In this document: positions 27,562-36,254 of the stretch, in pieces
How positions within the stretch are numbered: the first letter of the stretch is position 1
Layout of the letters: each line of letters begins with the position of its first letter
DNA from: Spirochaetota bacterium
GTDB lineage: Bacteria > Spirochaetota > UBA4802 > JAFGDQ01
Assembly (NCBI GenBank): GCA_043803405.1
Contig: JAZDKB010000015.1
Span: 160,001 to 224,000 of the forward strand
Direction of reading: 5' to 3'
DNA length: 64,000 nucleotides
Program-made: the position numbers and the translations under genes
Notes under the pieces: model-generated
Told to the model about the DNA's origin: nothing
What the model saw: the letters and a program-made list of their open reading frames with translations, nothing else
Database searches by the model: none

Positions 27562-28167
27562 ATGGCAGTAAACACAAAAAATAGCTCAAAAACAGGAGCA
27601 AAAACTTCCGCTCAAAAGAAAGGCGCATCAAAACAAGCAAAAAAGCCGGAAAAGAAAGCATCGTCAAAAACTGTTGTGAAATCCGGCGCTGCTCAAAAAA
27701 CAGCTATTGATAAAAACTCAACAGAAACCAGTAAAGCCTTTGACAAAAAAATAGATGAATTGGCTCAAAAAAGCGCTTCTGTTCAAAAACAGAACGAAAA
27801 ATCAAAATCTTCGATGAAAACATATATCGGTATATTAGTTATTCTTATAGCAGCTGTACTTGTTTATTTCTTATATCCGAAAGGGAAACCGGCGACTGTA
27901 AAAGATCAGGCTATCCCCAAAGAACCGGCTGCACCTGCTCCTGAAGCAAAAGCAATCGAGCCAAAAACCGAGGCAGCAAAGCCAAAAACGGGCGATGTAA
28001 TAATATATAAAGTAAAGTACAAAGACCAGTTAACCGAAATAAGCAAACAGCAGTATGGCAGTTTTAAAGAATGGAAACGTATTTATGAAGCCAATAAAGA
28101 TAAAATAAAAAATCCCAACCTGATATATCCAGGCCAGGAATTCATTATACCCAAGATTGAAAAATAA
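27562..28167 (+). CDS. Membrane-anchored LysM peptidoglycan-binding protein
   Basis: Lys/Ala/Ser-rich N-terminus, TM helix, C-terminal YKVKYKDQLTEIS..YG..W..IYEANKDKIKNPNLIYPGQ. Confidence 0.9.
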   Translation: MAVNTKNSSKTGAKTSAQKKGASKQAKKPEKKASSKTVVKSGAAQKTAIDKNSTETSKAFDKKIDELAQKSASVQKQNEKSKSSMKTYIGILVILIAAVLVYFLYPKGKPATVKDQAIPKEPAAPAPEAKAIEPKTEAAKPKTGDVIIYKVKYKDQLTEISKQQYGSFKEWKRIYEANKDKIKNPNLIYPGQEFIIPKIEK

Positions 28168-28179
28168 TCTACGACAACT

Positions 28180-28203
28180 AGAGACAGCTGAAAGGCTGTC
28201 TCT
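28180..28203. terminator. Hairpin between the convergent LysM gene and alr (possible bidirectional terminator)
   Basis: agagacagc/gctgtctct 9-bp stem; weak U-tracts. Confidence 0.45.
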
Positions 28204-28227
28204 GGCATAGCCTCTAATTATAAGCAT

Positions 28228-29346
28228 TTAGCTGATATATACCTTCTGTACTCTTTTGGAAATACCGCAAGTCACTTCATAAGGTATTGTGCCTATCAAT
28301 TCCGCTATTGTCTCTGCTGTAACTTTATCTTTACCGAAAAGGACTACTTCAGTGCCAACCGGATATTCGTCATTGCCGAGATCAACGAGTATTTGATCCA
28401 TGCAAACACGTCCCGCTACCCAATACATTTTTCCGCTGATAATTACGCAGGCCTTATTCGAAAGAAACCTGCTGTAACCGTCACCGTAACCGGCAGGTAT
28501 TGTAGCAATATTAGTATCGGACCCGGTTTTATACGTAAGTCCGTACGAAAGAGGCGTATCCTTCTTAACCCTCTTTATAAAAACAATACAGCTTTTAAAT
28601 GTCATTGAAGGTATCAACTTAACACTGGAATTACAGTTCCTGGATGGTCTGTATCCATAAGCCATAATTCCCGGACGCACCATGTTGAACATTGATTCTT
28701 TGTAGTTAAGTATTGCTGCGCTATTGGCCATGTGTCTGTATTTAACATCTAATTTATTTTTTTCAAATTCAATAATTAATGATTTAAAGATATTTATCTG
28801 GTTCCGTGTAAATTCCGATTCGGGATCATCAGGTACAGGGCAATGTGTAAAAATGCCTTCGAGGATAACACCCGGAAGGACTGAAATTCGTTTACCGATT
28901 TCCAGCGCTTCATTTGGCATACACCCTATTCTACCCATTCCTGTGTCGATTTTCAAATGCAGTTTTAGAGTTTTCCTTTTTTTAGATGCTGCAGCCGATA
29001 TCATTTCTGCAAGGCTAAGATCAGCCACTGTCTGGGAAATATTGTAGTCGAGCAATGCTTCAATCTCTTCTTTGCGCGGAAGTATTAACCCGAGATTTAA
29101 CACCGGAAGTTTTATGCCTGCTTCACGGAGTTCTATCCCCTCTACAGGCGAGGACACGCCAAGCATATCAGCAAGGCTGTTTTCCTCAGCCAGCCTGGAT
29201 ACCTGAACCGCGCCGTGGCCATAGCCGTCGGCCTTCACTGCAAGAAGAACGGATTTATTATCAGTGTGTTTTTTTATCGACTCAAGATTTTTTCGTATAG
29301 CAGTCAGGTCGATTTCTATATATGTTTTCTTTAAAATATTCTTCAT
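28228..29346 (-). CDS. alr: Alanine racemase
   Basis: AVKADGYGHG PLP lysine, HLKIDTGMGRIG, GYGDGY, GRVCMDQ and TIPYEV. Confidence 0.97.
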   Translation of the reverse strand: MKNILKKTYIEIDLTAIRKNLESIKKHTDNKSVLLAVKADGYGHGAVQVSRLAEENSLADMLGVSSPVEGIELREAGIKLPVLNLGLILPRKEEIEALLDYNISQTVADLSLAEMISAAASKKRKTLKLHLKIDTGMGRIGCMPNEALEIGKRISVLPGVILEGIFTHCPVPDDPESEFTRNQINIFKSLIIEFEKNKLDVKYRHMANSAAILNYKESMFNMVRPGIMAYGYRPSRNCNSSVKLIPSMTFKSCIVFIKRVKKDTPLSYGLTYKTGSDTNIATIPAGYGDGYSRFLSNKACVIISGKMYWVAGRVCMDQILVDLGNDEYPVGTEVVLFGKDKVTAETIAELIGTIPYEVTCGISKRVQKVYIS

Positions 29347-29656
29347 TGATATATATGTTCAAAGCATTATTTATGTTAATTATTTATCCTGACTGACTTT
29401 TCCGTGATATTATAATCAGGTTAGAAATATATGTTGTTGCTCAATTATAATAAATACATTTTTTTATCAAGGTATATTTTTACCTGGAAAAATCTTTATT
29501 AGAGTCCGTGGATGGAGTATTTGCGGCGGTATAGCCGGAAAAATCGTGTATCTCATTAACATAAAATAATTGCCGAATATTGCTTGACTGATATGCAAAT
29601 AATGTATAAAAATCAAACCTATATAATAAAATTATCAAAATTCAGGGATATTTTTT

Positions 29657-30316
29657 ATGAAAAAACTAGCTTTAATCCTAATAATACCAATAATTATCAT
29701 AATGTCGGCAAGTGCATTCCCGTACGCAAAAACCATGGACGGGAAAATAGGCACAGGTTATGCTTCCGATCCTGAAAAATTCGGATGGCAATTAAACTTC
29801 GCATGGCTTGCAGATCTTGATCCGTTCTTCGCCCTCGGCTTTGAGCCCGGTTTTTACTGGGCTACATGGGAGAAGAAAGTAAGCAGCGTAGAAGTCGGCG
29901 AAGTAGGCGCCAATGTAAAAGCCGACTCGGACGCGTATATTATTCCCGTACTCGCAGACGCGCAGATACGTTTCCCGAACCTGCAAAGCAGACTGCATGT
30001 AATTCCGTACCTTACTCTTGGCCTCGGCTATTCATTCATGATTTTGCATTATGCTACGCCCGAATATGACGATTCCGGAGGACAACATCACGACTCCGAT
30101 ACCCAGACAAAATTCTTCCATGGATTTACATGGCAGTTAATGCTAGGGATGGCTTACGATCCTGGCCAATCGTCAAAGATAAAATTTATTGCTGAAGTCG
30201 GCTACAGAGGAGCAAAGCTTTCCAAAGGCAACCTGGAAATTGATATGTCGGGAGTTGTGTTAAATATCGGAGTAAAATATCCGCTCGGGGAATCCGAACC
30301 GGCAAAATCGATATAA
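29657..30316 (+). CDS. Outer-membrane beta-barrel protein (about 8 strands, OmpW/OmpA-TM-like)
   Basis: Signal peptide; IPYLTLGLGY, FIAEVGYR and LNIGVKY strands. Confidence 0.7.
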   Translation: MKKLALILIIPIIIIMSASAFPYAKTMDGKIGTGYASDPEKFGWQLNFAWLADLDPFFALGFEPGFYWATWEKKVSSVEVGEVGANVKADSDAYIIPVLADAQIRFPNLQSRLHVIPYLTLGLGYSFMILHYATPEYDDSGGQHHDSDTQTKFFHGFTWQLMLGMAYDPGQSSKIKFIAEVGYRGAKLSKGNLEIDMSGVVLNIGVKYPLGESEPAKSI

Positions 30317-30343
30317 ACTAATTATGCAATCTTATTACTATAC

Positions 30344-30375
30344 CGGGCTGCACTCACAAGGCAGCCCGTTTTTAT
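30344..30375 (+). terminator. Intrinsic terminator
   Basis: cgggctgc/gcagcccg stem followed by tttttatt. Confidence 0.7.
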
Positions 30376-30382
30376 TATTTTT

Positions 30383-31912
30383 TTATTTCTCCAGCAGTTT
30401 AAATTCAGTACGCCTGTTCTTTTCATCAAAGCCCGGGCCCATCTGCGGGATTATCGGCTTTCTTTTGCCGAAGCCCCTGATCGCAAATCTGTCTTTGGAT
30501 ATTCCTTTGCTGATCAGATAATCCATTACAGATTTTGCCCTTGCCATGCTCAGTTTATCGTTAAAGTCATCCGAGCCGTGAAGATCGGTATGTCCTATTA
30601 TCTCAAAACGCATTGAAGCATGTTTCTTTACATATTCAGCAAATGCATCGAGATACGGAAACGACTCAGGCTTGATTTTCGCAGACTCAAAATCGAAATA
30701 AATTGAATGGATATCGAAGCTTGCTTCTTTCTCAATCGGAGAAAGCTCAAATATCTGCGGCTTTCCTTTTAGAGCAGCTATATCGATTGAATCAAAAAGA
30801 GGCAGATATCCTTCTTCATTTATAAAAACATCCAGATTCTTTACCTGCGGTTTATGTTTTACCAGGGCTTCACCTTTAGCATCTGTTCTTTTTTTAATCT
30901 CGTATGTTGCCGGACTTTTATCGCCTTCTTTTACTTTTGTAGATAACTTCATTTCAGTTTCCACGGGCTTTTTGGTTTTTTTATCGCGGACAATTATTTT
31001 TAATGTATCGTCCTGAACTGATATCCCTGCTGTATATATATCGTATGAACCGTATCCGCCTTCCCTGTCCGAACAGAAATATATTGAATCATTTATCAAT
31101 GAAAGATTAGTCTCATTCTTCGGCGAATTTATTTCAGAGCCAAGATTTACCGGTTTCCCGAACGCCCCGTTTTCGTACTTCACGTAATACATATCCCAGC
31201 CGCCATATCCGCCCGCCCTTCTTGAAGAAAAGAAAAAGCCTTTGCCGTCCAGCGAGGGCACTAGCCCGGTATCCTGTGCGTTAACATTTACAGGCACAGG
31301 AAGCGGTTCAGGATTGATGAACTCGCCGTCGCTGTACGCAGCTTTCATGATGCGCGCCCTGCTGACATCTCCGAAAGGCATGCTGGTATAATACAGGGTA
31401 AGCGCGTCAGAGCTAAGGCTGGGGCTTCGCTCATGGCTTATAGTGTTTATTGCACCGGGCACTTTGATGGGGCTTGACCATCTTCCTTCAACATTTTTAC
31501 TTACATAAAGATCGAAAGATACTTTAATCTGCCCGGACATATCTTTAGGCATTTCAAAACTGCCGTCCCTGTCGGAAGAAAAAAATATAAATGAGCCGTC
31601 GGGCGTAATATATGGGCTTTCATCATCGTACCTGGAATTAATTTCACTTATAGGCACGGGATTTGTCCATGCATCGTTCTTATAGTAGCTGATGTATATA
31701 TGCTGATACCCGCTGCTGCCGCGCTTGGAGTTGAACACAAGGGTTTTACCGTCTGCAGTAAAGGAAGGAGCAAAATCCGCGCCGGCAGAATTTATAGGAG
31801 GTCCAATGTTCAAGACTTTATCAACATGAATAGTCTGCGCACTTATCTGTATTTTTATTAATAAGCATATAACAATTAAAGCTGACTGCAGTAATACTCT
31901 CCGGATGTGCAT
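30383..31912 (-). CDS. OmpA family protein with PD40/WD40-like beta-propeller repeats
   Basis: Repeated INS..D..P....DG..LFFSSxR units; C-terminal IYFDFES..IIGHTD..N..LS..RA..NRRTEF. Confidence 0.92.
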   Translation of the reverse strand: MHIRRVLLQSALIVICLLIKIQISAQTIHVDKVLNIGPPINSAGADFAPSFTADGKTLVFNSKRGSSGYQHIYISYYKNDAWTNPVPISEINSRYDDESPYITPDGSFIFFSSDRDGSFEMPKDMSGQIKVSFDLYVSKNVEGRWSSPIKVPGAINTISHERSPSLSSDALTLYYTSMPFGDVSRARIMKAAYSDGEFINPEPLPVPVNVNAQDTGLVPSLDGKGFFFSSRRAGGYGGWDMYYVKYENGAFGKPVNLGSEINSPKNETNLSLINDSIYFCSDREGGYGSYDIYTAGISVQDDTLKIIVRDKKTKKPVETEMKLSTKVKEGDKSPATYEIKKRTDAKGEALVKHKPQVKNLDVFINEEGYLPLFDSIDIAALKGKPQIFELSPIEKEASFDIHSIYFDFESAKIKPESFPYLDAFAEYVKKHASMRFEIIGHTDLHGSDDFNDKLSMARAKSVMDYLISKGISKDRFAIRGFGKRKPIIPQMGPGFDEKNRRTEFKLLEK

Positions 31913-32010
31913 AAATCCTCCTTAAAAATAGTATATCGTAATAAGATATTATTTTAATATTCAAAAGCAAATATTTTTTTGAATTTAAAAGGATTATTGC
32001 CGGATTTAAT

Positions 32011-32283
32011 TTAAATTGTGCGTGATCTTTTCGTACGTATTCTCTTTATTGGACGACTTTTAATTTGGGTAGTTTTATTTGCGAGTTGTATTAAGGATAA
32101 TAGAGCCGAGTTTACTGCTTCTTCATTTTGAAAGATATCGGCAACTTCCGGTTTAAGCACAATGACGTTTGATGATTCTTTTATACGTTTAGTATATTTA
32201 CCGCGTACAAATCCTTTTGCAAAATCCTCTATTTTATACTCGGCGCGAAGTTCATCATTTTTCTTTTGATTAATTTTCTTCAT
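32011..32283 (-). CDS. BrnA-like antitoxin (ATG at 32283)
   Basis: DELRAEY..RGKY..VLKPEVADIF..EAVNSAL; overlaps the 3' end of brnT. Confidence 0.75.
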   Translation of the reverse strand: MKKINQKKNDELRAEYKIEDFAKGFVRGKYTKRIKESSNVIVLKPEVADIFQNEEAVNSALLSLIQLANKTTQIKSRPIKRIRTKRSRTI

Positions 32284-32542
32284 ATATCTTTCTTTCACCT
32301 CGAGTTGCTGGTCGGGCACTAATTATTCTTATAATTTCACCATCATCGGTATGCGCTACTACTAATAAGCGACCTTGTTTTGACAGGCCGAAAGTAATAT
32401 ATCGCTTTTCTGTAAGTGAATGGTCAGGATCAAATCCAGTCGCGGACATTGGGTCATTCAGAGCAGTAACGGGTTCCTCAAACGAAACTTCGTGTTTTTT
32501 TAAATTTGATCTTGCTTTATTTGAGTCCCATTCAAATTTCAT
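32270..32542 (-). CDS. brnT: BrnT family ribonuclease toxin
   Basis: MKFEWDSNKARSNLKKH.VSFEE, DPDHS..EKR and IRIISARPAT..ER. Confidence 0.92.
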   Translation of the reverse strand: MKFEWDSNKARSNLKKHEVSFEEPVTALNDPMSATGFDPDHSLTEKRYITFGLSKQGRLLVVAHTDDGEIIRIISARPATRGERKIYEEN

Positions 32543-32663
32543 TATTTATAAAATAAAACTTCTAATTGAGTTGTCAACCTATTAAAAAGCTATCCAAATA
32601 TATTTTTCTGGCCAAACTGCAATATAGAATGCTTCCTAAAACCAAAAGGTTGAACGATGCTCA

Positions 32664-32841
32664 ATGGGCTGTCACAAAAACAAAACTGCCGATTAACACG
32701 TGTTATATAAATAATAAACGTTGTCATTTTTGCCGAAAGGAGAAATCTCAAGAAAATAGATTTCTCACCCTGCTTTCCGTCGACTTCGATCGGGATTCGC
32801 AGGGTTCGAAATTACATTACCTGTTTTTAAGCCAGCCCCAT
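32664..32841. repeat. REP-like element (tgtcattt..gagaaatct..agatttctc..cgaaat family) with outer imperfect inverted repeats
   Basis: gagaaatct/agatttctc and accctgc/gcagggt pairs; outer atgggctgtcacaaaaaca / tgtttttaagccagccccat; related copy at 51909-51984. Confidence 0.7.
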
Positions 32842-32868
32842 GACTTATCTAGTGAAAAAGAAGCTTAC

Positions 32869-33858
32869 TCATCTGCTTTCTATAGTTAAATATACCATTG
32901 TCTGATTTAATAATTGATACGCGATCTCGCCGAAAGTGATTGGGCCTGTTACACCGCCTGTCTTTTTCCCTTCCAGTTCGGAATAAAGATAATTCAGAAT
33001 ACAGTTGCACGAGAAAAAAATAGCATTCGCATCTTTACTGGGCATTTGCTCATTAAAACATGATACATAATCCCCAACGGGAGCTGCGAGTTTATATTCA
33101 ATTCCCTTGAATATTGGGGCATAAAAATTTACTTTTTTCTGCTCTTTATCTATGCTCTGGAAGCTTGTATTAACCATTGCGCCTAAATAATCCGCAACCA
33201 GCGGCAGCTTTGTATCCGCTTTTATCTCTGTAAGATACTCGGCAAAATTTCTTTTTTTGCCGTTTATAAACGCATCAACTGCATAGAATGCATCCATGGG
33301 GAACGTAATTGTATCTCCGGTGCTCTGTTCAAAAATATTAATAATATTAATATTTGCGTATTTATTATCAGGAAGAGTGACGTGCATTACAACAGCGCCA
33401 TCCTCAATTATCTCTTTATTTTGGCCGGAAAATACCTTAGGAGTAATTTTCCCTAAATTTTCAAGATTTATGCCGGATATCCACCCAATCAGGGGTTTTG
33501 TTCCAAATCCGTCAAAGCCCGGAGCATTAAGCGCAAACTGCAGATGTGTCGTGCTTGTTGCAGGAATAATGATGACGCTTAATCCGTTTGCAGGAGCATC
33601 TTTAAAAACTTTTTCAATATTTGCAGCATTATATTTTTTTATGCTTACTTCCTTAACATATGATGGGATCTCGGTTACACAGATTTTATCCGTAGAAAAC
33701 ACTCCTCCGTTTTCAGCCATAAAGTACGGGATTGTGCCGGCGATCCATTTTCCAGAGGGTATCTGTTTAAGCAATTCCTCGTCACCGGCAAGAATGAGAC
33801 CCTGTCCCCCGGCAATTTTTTCTTTAACTTCGCTTAATGTATACATTACTCTTTTCAT
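32869..33858 (-). CDS. DUF6976-type protein with a FIST-like C-terminus
   Basis: LAGDE..L..P.G.WIAGTIPYFM; C-terminal FSCNCILNY..GPITFGEIAYQLLNQT resembles the FIST_C end. Confidence 0.7.
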   Translation of the reverse strand: MKRVMYTLSEVKEKIAGGQGLILAGDEELLKQIPSGKWIAGTIPYFMAENGGVFSTDKICVTEIPSYVKEVSIKKYNAANIEKVFKDAPANGLSVIIIPATSTTHLQFALNAPGFDGFGTKPLIGWISGINLENLGKITPKVFSGQNKEIIEDGAVVMHVTLPDNKYANINIINIFEQSTGDTITFPMDAFYAVDAFINGKKRNFAEYLTEIKADTKLPLVADYLGAMVNTSFQSIDKEQKKVNFYAPIFKGIEYKLAAPVGDYVSCFNEQMPSKDANAIFFSCNCILNYLYSELEGKKTGGVTGPITFGEIAYQLLNQTMVYLTIESR

Positions 33859-34103
33859 TTAATTCCTCCTGCATTCAGTATTTTTTCAAAATCGCTATGC
33901 GCTACAGGGAACATTGCGCTGTTTTTAAAGAATTCGCGTAATTCAATAATGCAGCTGAGCAAATTGGATTCCGACGGATCGACTTTTACTTTGAGCTGCA
34001 ATCGTACGACCAGGAACTTTAAACCCAGAAATTCGAACTTGCAATCCAGCTTCTGCAACAATAACTTTTTCCATAATTCATCCGGAACTCTTGTTATATC
34101 CAT
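33855..34103 (-). CDS. Small hypothetical protein (82 aa) translationally coupled to the FIST-like gene
   Basis: GGAGG SD before the ATG at 34103; stop overlaps the downstream start (ATGA). Confidence 0.7.
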   Translation of the reverse strand: MDITRVPDELWKKLLLQKLDCKFEFLGLKFLVVRLQLKVKVDPSESNLLSCIIELREFFKNSAMFPVAHSDFEKILNAGGIK

Positions 34104-34253
34104 ACTTCCTCCTTCAATAGTATTAACAATTAAAGAATTCAATTTAAATAGATCCTTTAACGATTGAGGAATACGCTTTTGCGTTTTTCCAGGTATAAAG
34201 TAAAAAGTAAACGGACTTTTGATCTAATGAAATTGATTAAAAATAATAAAAAG

Positions 34254-34281
34254 ATTATATCACTATTTTTAAAAAAGTCAA
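34254..34281 (-). promoter_or_regulatory. Sigma70-type promoter for the small-protein/FIST-like operon
   Basis: Minus strand TTGACT-16 bp-TATAAT with an extended -10 TG. Confidence 0.65.
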
Positions 34282-34384
34282 AATAATTCTGGTAATATTT
34301 TTAATAATATCTAAACAATATCAGATCTCATTTTATAATTACGTACTTATTTAAATTCATATTTCTACGATGACTTGTATACTT

Positions 34385-35377
34385 ATGGAAAAACTAACAG
34401 ATACTGAAATACGCATACTGAACCGCGTGCAGAAAGACTGGAAGCTCGGTGCAACTCCGTTTGCTTATCTTTCGGACGAACTTGGCATAAGCGAAGATAC
34501 TTTGATTACTGCGATAGAGAAATTAAAACGCGGGAAAATAATACGCGACATTTCCGCGATCTTTAACGCCGCGTCCATGGGTTACAAATCCGCGCTTGTA
34601 GCGCTGGAGGTACCGGAAGACTGCATAGGTAAAGCCGTGTCTGCAATAAACGCCAATACCGGAGTGAGCCATAATTACCTGAGGGATCATAAGTATAATA
34701 TCTGGTTTACGCTTTCGGTCGCAAAAGACAGATCGCTTGACGAAGAAGCAAAAGCCCTTGCAGACAAATCTGAAGCTAAAGACTTCCTTGTTTTAAGAAA
34801 CGAAAGGCTGTTAAAGATAGGGGTGAATTTCCACTTTGGGGAAAATGAGGATAATACTGAAGCTCCTGGTAACGTAAACATAAAAAACGTTCCCGTGCGG
34901 GAACTTTCGCAGCAGGAGAAACTGGCTGTAAATATCCTGCAAATGGATTTGCCCTTAACAAACAGGCCGTTCAGGGAGCTTATTCAAAAATCGAATTCTG
35001 ATATTGAAGAAAGCCGGGTTGTTGCTTTGGGAGAAGCATTTAAAAAAGAAGGCATAATGCGAAGGTACAGCGCTATTGTTAAACACGCAGGTGCCGGCTA
35101 CAGATTTAACGCAATGACTGCGTGGAAGCTCGCGGATTACGGTGACGACGTGCTGATTAAAAAATTCGCGTCTGTTCCGGATATCTCACATCTTTACCTG
35201 CGGACAATTTACCCGGGCAGATGGGAGCACGGGCTGTTTGCAATGATACATGCGAAAAGCAAAGACGAACTGGATGCAATCATCGTTAGGCTGGAGACGC
35301 AGACCGGGATTAAAGATTATCTTGTATTAAACACGGTCAGGGAACTTAAAAAGCAGCGCGTTATGTATTTCATATAA
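34385..35377 (+). CDS. ahbAB: Siroheme decarboxylase, fused AhbA/AhbB (NirDL-like, Lrp/AsnC fold x2)
   Basis: Two wHTH+RAM halves with VSHNYLRDHKYNIWFT and NAMTAW..ISHLYLR..W...LFAMIHA. Confidence 0.85.
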   Translation: MEKLTDTEIRILNRVQKDWKLGATPFAYLSDELGISEDTLITAIEKLKRGKIIRDISAIFNAASMGYKSALVALEVPEDCIGKAVSAINANTGVSHNYLRDHKYNIWFTLSVAKDRSLDEEAKALADKSEAKDFLVLRNERLLKIGVNFHFGENEDNTEAPGNVNIKNVPVRELSQQEKLAVNILQMDLPLTNRPFRELIQKSNSDIEESRVVALGEAFKKEGIMRRYSAIVKHAGAGYRFNAMTAWKLADYGDDVLIKKFASVPDISHLYLRTIYPGRWEHGLFAMIHAKSKDELDAIIVRLETQTGIKDYLVLNTVRELKKQRVMYFI

Positions 35378-35391
35378 ACTGCCTGACACTG

Positions 35392-35955
35392 CTAAAATCC
35401 ATCATATTTTTTACTGTCTTTTTTCTTCTGTGTCTCCAGATTAAGATTCAGTTCATGTTTTTCCTTTGCTTCTTTGAGTTTAAGATCTAAATATTCGACG
35501 AAGATTACGCATGGTATGAACCTTGAAGTACGGCAATACTCGCTTTGCCACACCGAGATTTTGTATCTCTTTTCCTCAAGCCATCTTCCCATAAGATGAG
35601 CATTGATTTCCCTGTTGAACTCCTCGCCGGCGTAGTCGTTGGCTTGACCATATTTTTCAACCATTCTCTGTTTCACCTTTGCAATTTCTCCGGACGTTAT
35701 CTCAACTTGTATAAAATACAACCTGTCCGAATGGTCAAAAAACAGTTTGGAACTTACAAGATCCCCTGTTTCGATTTTCATGTCTTCGTTTCCGAAAAAA
35801 GTGACATTGTTATATTTCCCTTTAACAAGATTTTTAATCTCATTTCTTGTCTGACCCAGATAAAACTCTTTATATCCGATCTTTGATACTTCTGAAAAAA
35901 CTGATGTTGACAGTATAAGGCTCAGTACCCCTGTTATTAACGTGACTTTTTTCAT
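35392..35955 (-). CDS. Exported hypothetical protein
   Basis: Signal peptide MKKVTLITGVLSLILSTSVFS; 187 aa. Confidence 0.65.
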   Translation of the reverse strand: MKKVTLITGVLSLILSTSVFSEVSKIGYKEFYLGQTRNEIKNLVKGKYNNVTFFGNEDMKIETGDLVSSKLFFDHSDRLYFIQVEITSGEIAKVKQRMVEKYGQANDYAGEEFNREINAHLMGRWLEEKRYKISVWQSEYCRTSRFIPCVIFVEYLDLKLKEAKEKHELNLNLETQKKKDSKKYDGF

Positions 35956-36254
35956 AATCTTTCACCTGCATTGTTAAGGATGAATTAAAAAATATTAAAA
36001 AAAATTGTAACTAATTAGAAATATCAATAAAATATTATAAAAAGTCAATTGAATTTTTTTTATTGTTTCACAGATACGGTTCAAAAAATTATTGATTTAT
36101 AAAACCGCCTCTGCTATCGTATCGAGATTTTCATTTTTCAGACTGTTCATTCTAAAAGACTATATTAGACAGATTTATTTTCCTGCTATACTTGTTTACT
36201 TTCAGACCAATCCGACAAACAGGAAGAAGTTTATTTTACATAGGGAGAATAACT

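Noticed and set aside
32566..32889. 107-aa + strand ORF
   Set aside because: It runs across a palindromic repeat, has a TTG start and overlaps the end of the opposite gene; likely spurious.
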